Positions 42,767 through 52,818 of a stretch of DNA of 64,000 bases are shown here, piece after piece (position 1 is the stretch's first letter; every line of letters starts with the position of its first letter). A model generated the notes under the pieces. It was not told the DNA's origin and did not search any database. It was given only the letters and a program-made list of their open reading frames with translations. Source of the DNA: a virus; IMG/VR virus record IMGVR_UViG_3300030103_003222, positions 18,762 through 82,761 of that record. One strand, 5' to 3'. The position numbers were made by a program, and so were the translations under genes.

Positions 42767-45418
42767 ATGGCAAACCCAATCTCAGGACACACAAAGGGCA
42801 GTAACGAGGGGCTTACCGACGGTGAGCATATCATCTCGCCCTCGCTGACGAACATCTACGAGGGTCTGCATGGCAACGGTATTCTGTCGCCATATGACAC
42901 GGCCTACACTGGTGCGAACCGCAACACACCTGCGTCTTTGCCCGGAGCCATCAGTCAAGGTGCCAATGCTTCAAAGGTGACAGTCAAGGCCTTTGAGGCC
43001 ATCATTGACGGCATCCTGTATGACTTCGGCGGAGGCTCTGATATCACCATCACGCTCGGCTCTACGGGCGACCACCTAAGCGGTGGCTCAACCACCAGCC
43101 TGACCAGTGGACAGGAGTGTCTGTTCATCATCATCGCGACTGCTGCCGGTGTGAAGTTCACTCAATCCAACATCATCACAACCGCTGTAGGCGCATACCC
43201 GTCTGTCACGGGCACTTCGGCTGCATACCTGACGGATGGCAAAGGAACGCAGAACCAGCAGTCGTTCGTGTTGGGGACGGTGCGTGCGACCAACTCAGGA
43301 GGCTCGACCGTTGGTCCGGGCATCCAAGCCCTCTCTGAGTTCAACGACAAGCGTGTATTCCTACGCCCAACACCTCTCTTCTTCTCGCCCGTGACCAAGG
43401 GCAACGTCGGCACTACGACGGGTATCAACAGCCACACAGCGCTTGCCGGTGCTCACACAGGCGAATCGGGTGACTTGGGTGATACGGGCGTGATTTGGCA
43501 GTCGTTCAACAGCGACAACGAGTCAATGCTGTATTACACTCGCAAGGACAGCAGCAACCGCCACACTCACCTGCTTGGGCCGACGAACATCAACGTCAGC
43601 AGCCCAAGCGGCAACCTGACGTTCACGTTCGACAGCGACCAAGTCTTTGTGTTGACGCCGACCACGACCATCAACCTGAACCCCAGTGGCACGTTCCCAC
43701 CGGGACATACGGTCTTCGTGTCTGTGCCCAGCGGTAGCACCGTCACCTTCGACTCGACTGGTTTGAACTCCAGCGTGGTTGCGACTGAAGCCACCATGTT
43801 CGTCTATGACGGTGCGAACTGGAAGAAGGTCATGGTGAGTGGCACCATCAGCCCAGCCTCCAGCGGAGCCAGTGGCATTGTGCAACTGTCCGACGGCGCG
43901 GGTGGCTTCACAAGTGACACGACGCTCTCATACGACACTGCGGCTAACGAACTCATCGTTAACGGCAAGTTGACGGTTAGTGGTTTGATTGACCCAACTG
44001 GGCTTGAAATCACCCCACAGTCCAGCAACCCTGCTGCTGCTGATGGGAGTGTTGTGGATGCTAACACGTTGTGGCTCGACAGCACGGCGAGTAACCGATT
44101 GAAGCAGGGTTCGGCTAACGTCATCCGTGCCACGGACAGCGTCACTGAACTGAGCGACGTGAGCAGCGTTGGCTCCGGTGCCATCATCACTGGTTCCGAG
44201 CGTAGCAAATTGAGCGGCATCGCGACTTCCGCTACGGCGACAGCAGCGCCAGCAATCGAGGACAACAGCGGCACGCCTGCGTTCGCTACAGGCATCACGA
44301 AGGGCGGAGTGCAGTCGCTTCTCAACATCGCTGACGGGGCGACTGCAAACGCAGGCACAGTCACGAGTGTCGCTACGACGGCACCCATCACGGGCGGCAC
44401 CATTACGGGGTCGGGCACAATCGGTATCAGCCCAGCATCGGCAACTGACGCAGGTTCAATGAGTTCTGCCCACTACTCTAAATTGGAAGGCATCGAAGCG
44501 GCTGCAACGGCAGACCAAACAAACGACGAGATTCGGGCTGCGGTCGAAGCAGCCACAGATTCCAATGTCTTCACCGACGCCGACCATAGCAAGTTGAACG
44601 CTATCGCCACAGGCGCGACCGCATACGCAGATGCAGACGCCATCGCTGCCGTTGAAGGAGAAGCAACATTGGCTTTAACGGGCGATGTTACCATCGCCGC
44701 AGGCAAAGGTCTGACTGTTGACGGGACTACCTTACACGTTGACGCTGCCAACGACCGAGTTGGCATCGGAACTGCTTCACCCGCTACTGCCTTGCACGTT
44801 GAGGGGGCAAACCACATCATCAGGGTCAAAGACACGTCTGCCGGTGATACCGCACTTACCCGCACAATGGGTGGACTTGAATTGTCTGCTGCGGGAATGA
44901 ACACCTCGTCGAAGTTCGGCGTCCCCATCAAGTTCATGTCCACGGACAGCGCTTTCACTACGGAAAACCCGAAGTTCTTGGCGGCGATTGTGCCTATCGC
45001 ACGAGAGTCCTACACCGCCGACACAAAGGGTGGAATGGCAATCGGGTTCGCGGTGACGGCTAACACCGCCGGGGCTTCAACCGTTCCTCAAGTTGCGATG
45101 ACCCTCGACTCAAACGGAAGGTTGGGCATCGGGACTGGCGGGCCACAGGCTCCTCTCCACGTCACAGGAACCATCAGGCAAACAACGGTAACGAACGCTG
45201 TTCTTGTCGCGAATGCTAACGGTGACTTGGCGGCTGCGAGTAATCTTGCTGACTTAGCCTATCTCGCCCCCGGTGGTGCGCAAACCGACACCTTCACGCC
45301 CACAACCTCTGCTGCGAGTTGGGTAGCGCCCGCCCCCACGACAATCCAACAGGCCATCGAAAGGATTGCGGCATTTGTTGTGGCTCTTCCGGGCGCACCA
45401 GCGCAAATCCCACCATGA
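42767..45418 (+). CDS. Tail fibre / receptor-binding protein (883 aa)
   Basis: Repeats SKLSGIATSAT / SKLEGIEAAATADQT / SKLNAIATGAT and VGIGTASPATALHVEG / LGIGTGGPQAPLHVTG. Last gene of the structural arm. Confidence 0.8.
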   Translation: MANPISGHTKGSNEGLTDGEHIISPSLTNIYEGLHGNGILSPYDTAYTGANRNTPASLPGAISQGANASKVTVKAFEAIIDGILYDFGGGSDITITLGSTGDHLSGGSTTSLTSGQECLFIIIATAAGVKFTQSNIITTAVGAYPSVTGTSAAYLTDGKGTQNQQSFVLGTVRATNSGGSTVGPGIQALSEFNDKRVFLRPTPLFFSPVTKGNVGTTTGINSHTALAGAHTGESGDLGDTGVIWQSFNSDNESMLYYTRKDSSNRHTHLLGPTNINVSSPSGNLTFTFDSDQVFVLTPTTTINLNPSGTFPPGHTVFVSVPSGSTVTFDSTGLNSSVVATEATMFVYDGANWKKVMVSGTISPASSGASGIVQLSDGAGGFTSDTTLSYDTAANELIVNGKLTVSGLIDPTGLEITPQSSNPAAADGSVVDANTLWLDSTASNRLKQGSANVIRATDSVTELSDVSSVGSGAIITGSERSKLSGIATSATATAAPAIEDNSGTPAFATGITKGGVQSLLNIADGATANAGTVTSVATTAPITGGTITGSGTIGISPASATDAGSMSSAHYSKLEGIEAAATADQTNDEIRAAVEAATDSNVFTDADHSKLNAIATGATAYADADAIAAVEGEATLALTGDVTIAAGKGLTVDGTTLHVDAANDRVGIGTASPATALHVEGANHIIRVKDTSAGDTALTRTMGGLELSAAGMNTSSKFGVPIKFMSTDSAFTTENPKFLAAIVPIARESYTADTKGGMAIGFAVTANTAGASTVPQVAMTLDSNGRLGIGTGGPQAPLHVTGTIRQTTVTNAVLVANANGDLAAASNLADLAYLAPGGAQTDTFTPTTSAASWVAPAPTTIQQAIERIAAFVVALPGAPAQIPP

Positions 45419-45445
45419 GGTAAAGGACGGGGTTGCTCTCTTGAT

Positions 45446-45682
45446 TCACAACCGCTTCTTGGCTGGCGTTGTGTTGGTTATCTTGTTGGTGCTGGCTTTT
45501 CCCTTGCTCCTCTTTGAGCGCTTGAAAACGCTGTCCACCCACAAGTGACTGCACTCCCTACACTGCCAAATCGAGATGCGCTCCTTGTCAGCATCAAGGA
45601 AACGACCGTTGATGCGACGAGGAATGTGACGATGTCCGCACTGGCGGCAGACGACCTTCATACGGTCGAGGAGTCGACCCAT
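45446..45682 (-). CDS. Small basic Zn-ribbon protein (78 aa)
   Basis: CRQCGH...WQCRECSHLW plus a Lys-rich tail. Confidence 0.75.
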   Translation of the reverse strand: MGRLLDRMKVVCRQCGHRHIPRRINGRFLDADKERISIWQCRECSHLWVDSVFKRSKRSKGKASTNKITNTTPAKKRL

Positions 45683-45688
45683 AGAGGC

Positions 45689-47200
45689 TCAACCTTCCTT
45701 GCGACCGATGATGTCGTCAATGCGCAGCATAGCGGTCGTGACCTCTGTTGCGGTCGTGATAGCGCTGCGGACGAGCGTTTCAGGCTCGTAGACGCGCCAC
45801 TTAGCCATGTGAACGATACCGCCGTTGTGCACGTCAGGACCGTAGCCATAGCCTTCGTGACGCATGGCGAGAACAGTGTCCAAACCTGAGTGTCCGGCGT
45901 TCTCAGCGATGGTGCTGGGAATGATTTCCAGCGCGTCAGCGAAAGCGTCAATCGCCATCTGTCCTCGCCCACCGACCTCCGATGCACGGGAGCGTAGACG
46001 AGAAGCCAGTTCAAGGTAGGCGGTGCCGCCGCCGTAGCAGAGCCTGTCGCCGTTATGAATGAGCGAGACGACACCGAGGGCATCATCGAAGCCACGTTGC
46101 ACCTCATCAAGTGTGGACTGTGTCGCACCAAACAGCACGAGTGTGGCCTCACTGGAGGCGATGTCGCTGGCCACGAAGAGGTAGTCCACGTCGTTATACC
46201 GGCGGCGGTCAACGACCGCTCTGCTAACGTCCATACCGTCCTCGGCCATATGGTAGGGCTTGGAGCCGAACTCATTTCCGAGGCGCTTCATGGTGCTCTC
46301 AGGCACGCGCCTGACGACGAAGATGTTGCGCTTTCGCAGGTATTGCACGACCGTGTCGTGCACACCGTCGCGCACGAACACGATGTTGGGCTGCGCTGCT
46401 TCGATGCGCTGCGCGGCCTCCAGCAAATGCTCGCGGCCTGCATTCTTCACCGCGCCGTATGACGTAGCATCGACCTGCACCTGCACGTTTCCGTCTTGCT
46501 TCTGCTCTTCCAACCCGCTGTTGATGAGCAGAGCGGACAGCGATTCGGTGTCCGTGAATTGACCGTCAGTAGTGACCACGTCTTTGTTGATGACGACGCC
46601 CTCAAACAGATAGGAGTCTTGCAGTGAGCCACCGGGAGCGGCCAGCACGCGCACGTCCTTGACATCACCAACGGCTTCAATCGTCTTGACGCAGAGTTCA
46701 GCCACAGCGTCTGTAGCAGCCTCCAACGACTTGCCCGTAATCGCCGTGCTTGCGATGTCCGTAAGTCGGGGAGAGTCAGTGCGTTTGCTACCTTTGCCGG
46801 AAACGTCGGGGAGCGTCTCCAATTCAGGAAGTTCCTCCAACACCATGCGCAGTGCGTCGCTGTAGCCACGTCCGATGATGTTGGGGTGTAGGCCCTTGTC
46901 GAAAAGCGTCTCTGCGTTGCTGAGCAACTGTCCTGCGAGCACCACACTGCTGGTCGTGCCGTCGTAGCAGTTCGTCTCCTGCACCTTGGCTACTTCAACC
47001 AGCATCTTCGCAGCCGGGTGAGCGCTATCGAGTTCGCGTAGAATGGTCGCACCGTCGTTCGTGACGATGACGTTGCCGCCACCGTCAACCATCATCTTGT
47101 CCATACCCATCGGACCAAGCGTGGTCTTCACGGTCGCGACAACGCGCTTCGCTGCCTCGATGTTCAGTCGCTGTGCCTTGTGATTCGTGTTCTCTGTCAT
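45689..47200 (-). CDS. Group II chaperonin (thermosome subunit)
   Basis: 'VKTTLGPMGMDKM', 'VTNDGATIL', 'HPAAKML', 'DGTTSSVVLAG', 'FADALEIIP..IAENAG' and 'LRIDDII'. Confidence 0.97.
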   Translation of the reverse strand: MTENTNHKAQRLNIEAAKRVVATVKTTLGPMGMDKMMVDGGGNVIVTNDGATILRELDSAHPAAKMLVEVAKVQETNCYDGTTSSVVLAGQLLSNAETLFDKGLHPNIIGRGYSDALRMVLEELPELETLPDVSGKGSKRTDSPRLTDIASTAITGKSLEAATDAVAELCVKTIEAVGDVKDVRVLAAPGGSLQDSYLFEGVVINKDVVTTDGQFTDTESLSALLINSGLEEQKQDGNVQVQVDATSYGAVKNAGREHLLEAAQRIEAAQPNIVFVRDGVHDTVVQYLRKRNIFVVRRVPESTMKRLGNEFGSKPYHMAEDGMDVSRAVVDRRRYNDVDYLFVASDIASSEATLVLFGATQSTLDEVQRGFDDALGVVSLIHNGDRLCYGGGTAYLELASRLRSRASEVGGRGQMAIDAFADALEIIPSTIAENAGHSGLDTVLAMRHEGYGYGPDVHNGGIVHMAKWRVYEPETLVRSAITTATEVTTAMLRIDDIIGRKEG

Positions 47201-47805
47201 TCCCAGTCCACCTCAATTTCAATCAGAGAGCCATCCTCCAATGAACGGCTCTTGACAATCCCGTGCTCTTGCCCGTGACGGTAGAGGTCATAGGTCAATT
47301 GAGCGTCTTTGAGACAATATTCGGCCACCTCAAGGTAGCGTCCCGCACGCCATGCTTCGGGCGCGTCAGCGCTTGTCATGCTCTTACCCACGTCAAGCGT
47401 GTTGCGGCACAGCATCTCAAGGCTGGTCGCAACATCGTTCCCACCTGTCGCCTTGGAGACGAGCAGTTTCGTGTCGATGACGCTGTCGGCCTTACCGATG
47501 AGGTCGCCTGCTGTCCAGCAATCCAACGCCGCGCTCAGGACAGGTAAGTCGAACTTGCGAATGTTGTGTCCGAGCACCTTCCCACCTTCATCGAGGTGCT
47601 TCTGCAAGTGGTCGCCAAGCGTGCGAGGGTGCAGTTCGTGCACCGTAGCCGCAGCCATGTCGATGTCTTGCTTGCTGAAGACGTTGCCCGATTGACCGTC
47701 CCACGTCGCCACCACAGTCGGCTCAAACAGCGAGTGTTTGTCCCACCCGCCAATCTCGTAGGAGTAGTTCCCAGTCTCGATGTCGAGAGCCATAATGCCA
47801 CTCAT
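47197..47805 (-). CDS. DEDD/DnaQ-like (RNase H fold) 3'-5' exonuclease
   Basis: 'ALDIET', 'GHNIRKFDLPVL' and 'EYCLKDAQLT' correspond to ExoI/II/III. Confidence 0.9.
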   Translation of the reverse strand: MSGIMALDIETGNYSYEIGGWDKHSLFEPTVVATWDGQSGNVFSKQDIDMAAATVHELHPRTLGDHLQKHLDEGGKVLGHNIRKFDLPVLSAALDCWTAGDLIGKADSVIDTKLLVSKATGGNDVATSLEMLCRNTLDVGKSMTSADAPEAWRAGRYLEVAEYCLKDAQLTYDLYRHGQEHGIVKSRSLEDGSLIEIEVDWE

Positions 47806-49211
47806 GCGACTGCCTCCTCTTTCAGACGTAGATAGACCTGCCGCCCGTCCTTGGCGACATCAAACTGATGTGCTGCCCAATCGTTGAACTTCTTGAAGGC
47901 TGTTGGTTTTGTGACATGTTGATTGACCATGAAGAGGTCCAACATGGCCGCCTTCTTGCGCCAGCCCTCGCCTCGCTTGTCCAGTTCGACGGGAGCGGTG
48001 GCGTTGTAGACATCCAGCCAGTCCTTCCAGTTGGCAGCCTTCTCAGCCTTCTTGGCACCGACTTCGACCTCACCCTCCAACCACTGAATCAGGTTCTTGA
48101 ACAGGTCATACAGAATGTCCTTGGCCATGTCGACGTGCCTACCCGTCACCGTCCATGTGTTGTCCATGAGCGCCATATGTGTGGCGAGGATGACGGTGTA
48201 GTTCTCCATCGCGGGCACGAAGGACGCGACCACGTCAGAAATGGTGAAGTCGAGGTTGTCGAGCAGGCTGTAATAGTCGTCAATCGCATCATCTGCGGCT
48301 GCGTAGAACGAGTCGTCGGCGCTGAACATGTCGAACATGATGTCCTGCAGAATGTCCTCTTGGTCCTCGCGGTCCATCTCGTCCCACTCGGTGAACGTCG
48401 TCTCGGAGAGGTTCAGCACACGGTCGCGTAGCCGCTTCTCCAAGTCGGTGAAATACGTCACGATGTCGTCATAGGAAACCTCGCTTGGCTTCGGCTTGGT
48501 GAACGCCCTACGCACACGGCGGCGACTCACCTTCTTGCGACGGTCTGTGTCCCAGTGTGCCCAGTAAAGCAGCACACGCTGGAAGATACCCTTGGTCAGC
48601 ACGTATTCCTTCACGCCCTTGGGCGGGAACGTCGTAATCCACATGGACGCCAGCGACTCTGTCTCGATGGTGCGACCGCTCAGGTGCTTCACCAGTTTGT
48701 TGCTGTTGCTTCCGATTGGGTTGCACGCTGACTGCAGGTAGAGCACCGTCTCCTGACTGTGCTTACCGGGGTTAAGGATGATGGACCCCTCGTCAAAGTT
48801 CAACGCCTTCTGACCACCGAGCATGCCCTCCGTTTCGACTGTGATTTGCTCCTTCTTGCCATCGTCGTTGACGATGGTTTCTGTAGCCGTGCCGCCCACA
48901 AGCCCAGCGTCAGAACCTGTGGTGTAAGCGACCGTCTCCAAGCCGACGTCATCCATCACGTCACCGATGAACTCCCATGCGATGGACTTGCCAGTCCTCG
49001 ATGGTTGAATCCAAAACATGTGAACACGAGGGTCGAGGTGTGTCTCATCCCAGTAGATGCGTAGGTATGGAGCAGCAATCTGCCCTTGGATGAAAAAGAA
49101 CGACAGCATCGCTGGAATGTCGTTGTCAATGCTGACTTTGCTGAACTGCTCAATGTAGCCCCGCATGAAGTCGTTGTTCTGCACGATGTCGTAGCCTTCT
49201 GCCTTTCTCAT
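47802..49211 (-). CDS. MCM-like AAA+ ATPase/helicase
   Basis: Walker A 'QPSRTGKS', 'GSDAGLVG', Walker B 'LNFDEG', Arg-finger-like 'GIFQRVLLY', and a wHTH-like C-terminus. Confidence 0.7.
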   Translation of the reverse strand: MRKAEGYDIVQNNDFMRGYIEQFSKVSIDNDIPAMLSFFFIQGQIAAPYLRIYWDETHLDPRVHMFWIQPSRTGKSIAWEFIGDVMDDVGLETVAYTTGSDAGLVGGTATETIVNDDGKKEQITVETEGMLGGQKALNFDEGSIILNPGKHSQETVLYLQSACNPIGSNSNKLVKHLSGRTIETESLASMWITTFPPKGVKEYVLTKGIFQRVLLYWAHWDTDRRKKVSRRRVRRAFTKPKPSEVSYDDIVTYFTDLEKRLRDRVLNLSETTFTEWDEMDREDQEDILQDIMFDMFSADDSFYAAADDAIDDYYSLLDNLDFTISDVVASFVPAMENYTVILATHMALMDNTWTVTGRHVDMAKDILYDLFKNLIQWLEGEVEVGAKKAEKAANWKDWLDVYNATAPVELDKRGEGWRKKAAMLDLFMVNQHVTKPTAFKKFNDWAAHQFDVAKDGRQVYLRLKEEAVA

Positions 49212-49921
49212 GTTCTTCCTCTCCTGACTGTTTGCTGTAGTCGAACTTCCTCTTCGCTGCTGAGGACCTCTATTATCATAGCCCTCTTCTTGTCACCAAG
49301 TCCCTTGACCTGCTTCAGTGAGGCTGGATGCAGCATCTCTTCGATGCTACCGCACTTGTCCAATAAGCGGTCGGCCAAGTCAGGCCCGATACCGGGCATG
49401 GCGAGCAGAACGTCCTTGCGAACGTCGTTGGTTGAAACACGGCGGATGGCGCGTGCGCCATGTGCGCTCGCAGGCTTGTGCAGTTTGTCGTGAAGTTTCA
49501 CGACGAATAGGGACGCCTCGCTGACGTTGGCAGTGTAGAACACCTGACAGTCAAAGTCTGCCATAATTCGCGCAATCGTGCCGGTCAGTTCGCTTTGAAT
49601 GCGACTGTAGGTCAAACGCTTGCGGGGGTTCTTGTTCTTGGCCATGGCCAAGTATTTGTCAATGCCTCCGTGGATGAGCAGGAAGAAGCGTTCGTGGTTT
49701 GCATCCATGTTCTCCAACTGACGCCATAGGTGCCCACTGTGACTGGACTGGAACAGGTCGGTGATGCTCTTGGCTTCGACACAAGACCGGCCCAGCAGGT
49801 AGTCCCCTACCACCAGTCGCTGTCTGACAACGGCAAGACCGGCTTTGTTCGCCTTACGCTCCACAGCGTCGCACAGAGGGCCACGCTCGTTGCTGTCAAT
49901 GATGAGGTCAGGTTTTGGCAA
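49208..49921 (-). CDS. XPF/ERCC4 structure-specific nuclease with HhH motifs
   Basis: 'LIIDSNE', 'VGDYLL...VEAKSITDLFQS', and HhH motifs 'MPGIGPDLA' and 'VKGLGDKKRA'. Start reassigned to TTG 49921 (GGAGG upstream). Confidence 0.9.
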   Translation of the reverse strand: MPKPDLIIDSNERGPLCDAVERKANKAGLAVVRQRLVVGDYLLGRSCVEAKSITDLFQSSHSGHLWRQLENMDANHERFFLLIHGGIDKYLAMAKNKNPRKRLTYSRIQSELTGTIARIMADFDCQVFYTANVSEASLFVVKLHDKLHKPASAHGARAIRRVSTNDVRKDVLLAMPGIGPDLADRLLDKCGSIEEMLHPASLKQVKGLGDKKRAMIIEVLSSEEEVRLQQTVRRGRT

Positions 49922-50117
49922 CGACTTCCCTCCTGTGATATGGGCACAAGTCTGCCCATTGACCGCAGCGCTTACCGCTGCGCGTAGTGGCCGAGCAACG
50001 CCAGTCTTCAGGTGGTCCCAAAGACCGGCACGATTGACAGAAAAACGGCCCCGTGTAGCAGGGCTTGCGAATCCTCCGAGCGTTGCAGAGTTCACATTTG
50101 ACCTTCGGCATTGTCAT
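49908..50117 (-). CDS. Small Cys-rich zinc-finger protein (69 aa)
   Basis: CELC...CQSC and CSATTRSGKRC...CPYH. AGGAG RBS. Confidence 0.7.
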   Translation of the reverse strand: MTMPKVKCELCNARRIRKPCYTGPFFCQSCRSLGPPEDWRCSATTRSGKRCGQWADLCPYHRREVVAKT

Positions 50118-50451
50118 TCCTCTCCTTGATGCGCTCTTTGCTCGTGTCGTAGCGCCCTTCCTGAACGGCTGAGAACAGTTCCTCTCCTGTTGGACTCAGC
50201 ACGTAAGTGAGTGTCGTGTAGCGACCGCCCATGATGTCGGTCGTGGTGCTTTGACCTACCTGCTCGAACGCCTCGTCTTTGCTCAAGATGTTCGACAACT
50301 GCGGGCTGGTCATGCCGTGTTTGGTTGTGTTGTTCACGACTCGCAGGATTTCATCATGGCTCATCGCGTCGGGCGCCTCGCCCAAAATGCACACAACCCA
50401 GCGTCGCAGTCGCTTGTTCTTCGTCTTCCTCGGTATTTTTGCCACGGTCAT
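50092..50451 (-). CDS. Winged-HTH DNA-binding protein
   Basis: 'MSHDEILRVV...MTSPQLSNILSKDEAFEQVG...TYVL'. Start at 50451 (GGAGG, ATGA overlap with the primase stop). Confidence 0.65.
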   Translation of the reverse strand: MTVAKIPRKTKNKRLRRWVVCILGEAPDAMSHDEILRVVNNTTKHGMTSPQLSNILSKDEAFEQVGQSTTTDIMGGRYTTLTYVLSPTGEELFSAVQEGRYDTSKERIKERNDNAEGQM

Positions 50452-51551
50452 GCCTCCACAATGGTGCCGTCGTGATAACGACACTTGCCGACGCACATCC
50501 CGTCGTTCTCGATGGTCGAGCAACGGGGTGCGCTCAGACCTGTCTTGTTAGGGCCACCGTATATGATGCTCTCGACTTGAACTCGTGTCGTGTGGGCGTC
50601 ATAATCGACCCACCCCTGACGCTCGATAATGCTACATATCTCGTCAATGTGCTTCTGCCTGTCCTCATTTGTGACGGCCTCGGGGCGGAAGAACCAGCGC
50701 AAACGTGCAGCAAGGTAGGACACAAGGTGCAACCGTTGCCGATGCGTTGGGTTGCCCATGCCGAGTGCAGGTGAGAGACACGGGAGCACGATGATGTCGT
50801 CCAGCGTCACGTCAGGTAAGTCCTCTACCTTCTCGACGTTGGCCTTGAAATTGTTGCGACGTTCGGGTAGTGTGATGCTGACTCTTGTTGAGCCGTGCTC
50901 GATGTAGCCGGGGCGTGGGTCTTGGGCGAGGTCGTCCAAGTCGTCGTAGTCGCACGTCATGATTTCCTCGCTGCTAAGCGGAATGCTCCAGCACGCTCGC
51001 CTCGCGTTATATGAGTTCGGAATGCGAATCATGCCACTGGTGTCGAAGGCGACGGCTGGGTCGCTGCAGCCAAGTTCCAGTTTGTTGTGCCACTCCCTCA
51101 TCAACAGTCGCCCACCCTCCTTGATGCGGCGCACGTCCGACGCTGAGGTGGGCATGTAGGTCTGACTCAGGGGCACCCATACGTGGAAGCCACCACCGCT
51201 GAACCACACGTAGTGTTGCAGGTCTTGCTCAAGCAGATAAGCGTGTAGCCGGCGGACCTGCTTCTGCATGTAGTCGAACTCGACCTCGGCTCCTCGCTGC
51301 TTGAAATCCTTGCAGTCAAAGTCCAAGATGAAGTGATGAATGACCGGTGTGTCATAGTCAACACGATGATGTCGTGGGGCCTGTGTTGCTCTATAACCGT
51401 AGGCTGTGAAGTAGGCGTTGCCGCTTCCATTCTTCCCACGCCAGTAGCGCTCCAGTTCAGTCCACGAGCGCACGATGTAGCGACCGCCCTGCTTTCCATC
51501 CGACCCAATCTCCAGCACTTCGCGAGGGAAGTCGAGCGGAACGAAAGCCAT
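50448..51551 (-). CDS. Archaeo-eukaryotic primase, PriS catalytic domain fused to a PriL-like Cys-rich C-terminal domain
   Basis: 'ILDFD', 'WFSGGGFHVWV' and 'FDTSGMIRIP'. C-terminal 'LPCL...HRQRLHLVSYL...PRC...MCVGKC' is PriL Fe-S-like. Confidence 0.88.
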   Translation of the reverse strand: MAFVPLDFPREVLEIGSDGKQGGRYIVRSWTELERYWRGKNGSGNAYFTAYGYRATQAPRHHRVDYDTPVIHHFILDFDCKDFKQRGAEVEFDYMQKQVRRLHAYLLEQDLQHYVWFSGGGFHVWVPLSQTYMPTSASDVRRIKEGGRLLMREWHNKLELGCSDPAVAFDTSGMIRIPNSYNARRACWSIPLSSEEIMTCDYDDLDDLAQDPRPGYIEHGSTRVSITLPERRNNFKANVEKVEDLPDVTLDDIIVLPCLSPALGMGNPTHRQRLHLVSYLAARLRWFFRPEAVTNEDRQKHIDEICSIIERQGWVDYDAHTTRVQVESIIYGGPNKTGLSAPRCSTIENDGMCVGKCRYHDGTIVEA

Positions 51552-51556
51552 GTGGC

Positions 51557-51868
51557 TCACTCCAAGATGCGCTTGATTTTGCGGCTGGCCTCGTTGAAGA
51601 CGAGGTAGGCTTCAGTTTCATGCAGCAGTTGCGGGGTATGAGCGACAACGTGGATGGTCCAACGACGGGTGCCTGCATCTTCGTCTACGCCGAGTTCGAC
51701 GTAGTCAGTCAGTCGCATCTGCTTGTGAACGGTGACTTGCGCCAGTTCGTCATGCAGCAGGCTGTGACCCACAACCACTTCGACACCTTCGGGCATTTTC
51801 TTCTGTAGCACGTGGCGCAGTTCTTCACAACGCTCTGCTGTCTTCTTCTTCAGTTCATCTCTGTTCAT
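51557..51868 (-). CDS. Hypothetical protein (103 aa)
   Basis: ATGA overlap with the upstream gene; operon order. Confidence 0.7.
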   Translation of the reverse strand: MNRDELKKKTAERCEELRHVLQKKMPEGVEVVVGHSLLHDELAQVTVHKQMRLTDYVELGVDEDAGTRRWTIHVVAHTPQLLHETEAYLVFNEASRKIKRILE

Positions 51869-52818
51869 TGTTCAGGCCTCCATCGTGGGCACAGTTCCAT
51901 GTAGTCGCAATAGCCGCACTTAAAGTCGGATGAGGTTGGGAGGAAGTCGCCACTGAGGTGGGCGTCCACCAAGGCAGTGAGGCGCTTCTCAACGGTCTTG
52001 GGCGCATATCGCCCACCCGGACCACTGACCGACTCATAGTCCCAGTGCGGTCCAGTGCCGCCGTTGATGCCACCGCCGGGGAAGGCCCAGCCCCATCCTG
52101 TGATGGGGAGGAACTCACCGTGCGGACTGTTCTCCAGCATCATGCGATAGAACTGCATTTCAGCGCGCATGTCTGATGCCTTGTTCGGCTTCCACTTACC
52201 CGTCTTCAGTTCCATCAGGACAACCCCTTGGCGACTGTCATCAAGGAACATACGGTCGATGTAGCCCTTCATGTGGATGGGAACCTCTGTGCCGTCGCTC
52301 GCGACGACCGTGCGAGACGCATGAATCTCGGCCTCGTTGCCCACTGGGAACCAGTCGCGCACTTCGTCCTCTGCGCAATTGCATAGTCGCTCAAACTGCC
52401 ACGTCACGTAAATGCGCAACTGCTCAGGCTCACCGTAGATGTAAGGCTCGGGTGGGGTGGGTAGTGCCTCAATGCACATCGTCAGAGCCGTCTCTCTGTC
52501 ACCTGATTGGATGAGTTCGTAGACCGTGTCTACGATTGGGGTCATGGTCTTCCACCAATATTCCACAGCGTCGTGAACGTTGCTCCCACGAACGTGGTAG
52601 TCGCGCGTCTCTCCCGTGTGGCCGAGCACCTTCTCGATGAAATATTGCTGAGCGCACCAGTGGAATGTGCCCAGCGTTGATTTGCTCACGCGCAAGATGG
52701 TGTCTTTCATGTCAGGTTGCCACGCATAGGTGCTCTTGTCATAGGACTTGAGTAGGTCTTTGTGCTCGTAAGAATCACGCTCGTTGTTTCCCCCTTCGGG
52801 GTTGGGATTCCACCTCAC
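51865..52818 (-). CDS. Cas4-like / PD-(D/E)xK exonuclease
   Basis: 'WCAQQYF', 'GSNVH', 'KGYIDRM', 'ELKTGK', 'MQFY' and C-terminal 'CGYCDYMELC' (1+3 Cys). Confidence 0.88.
   Translation of the reverse strand: MRWNPNPEGGNNERDSYEHKDLLKSYDKSTYAWQPDMKDTILRVSKSTLGTFHWCAQQYFIEKVLGHTGETRDYHVRGSNVHDAVEYWWKTMTPIVDTVYELIQSGDRETALTMCIEALPTPPEPYIYGEPEQLRIYVTWQFERLCNCAEDEVRDWFPVGNEAEIHASRTVVASDGTEVPIHMKGYIDRMFLDDSRQGVVLMELKTGKWKPNKASDMRAEMQFYRMMLENSPHGEFLPITGWGWAFPGGGINGGTGPHWDYESVSGPGGRYAPKTVEKRLTALVDAHLSGDFLPTSSDFKCGYCDYMELCPRWRPEQ

Noticed and set aside
22112-45418. Diversity-generating retroelement acting on tail genes
   Set aside because: No reverse transcriptase and no template/variable repeat pair was noticed in the window.
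45419-45445. Terminator at the convergence of the two arms
   Set aside because: The gap is only 27 bp and shows no convincing hairpin or long T-tract.
49922-50095. N-terminal extensions given by the ORF track (XPF from 50095; also 3022, 50523, 53186, 55704, 59623, 63018, 63758)
   Set aside because: They overlap upstream genes. Downstream starts with good SD sites and stop/start coupling fit better.
51865-52818. Cas4-like gene as evidence of CRISPR-Cas
   Set aside because: No cas1/cas2 or array is present. Solo Cas4-like nucleases are common in archaeal virus replication modules.
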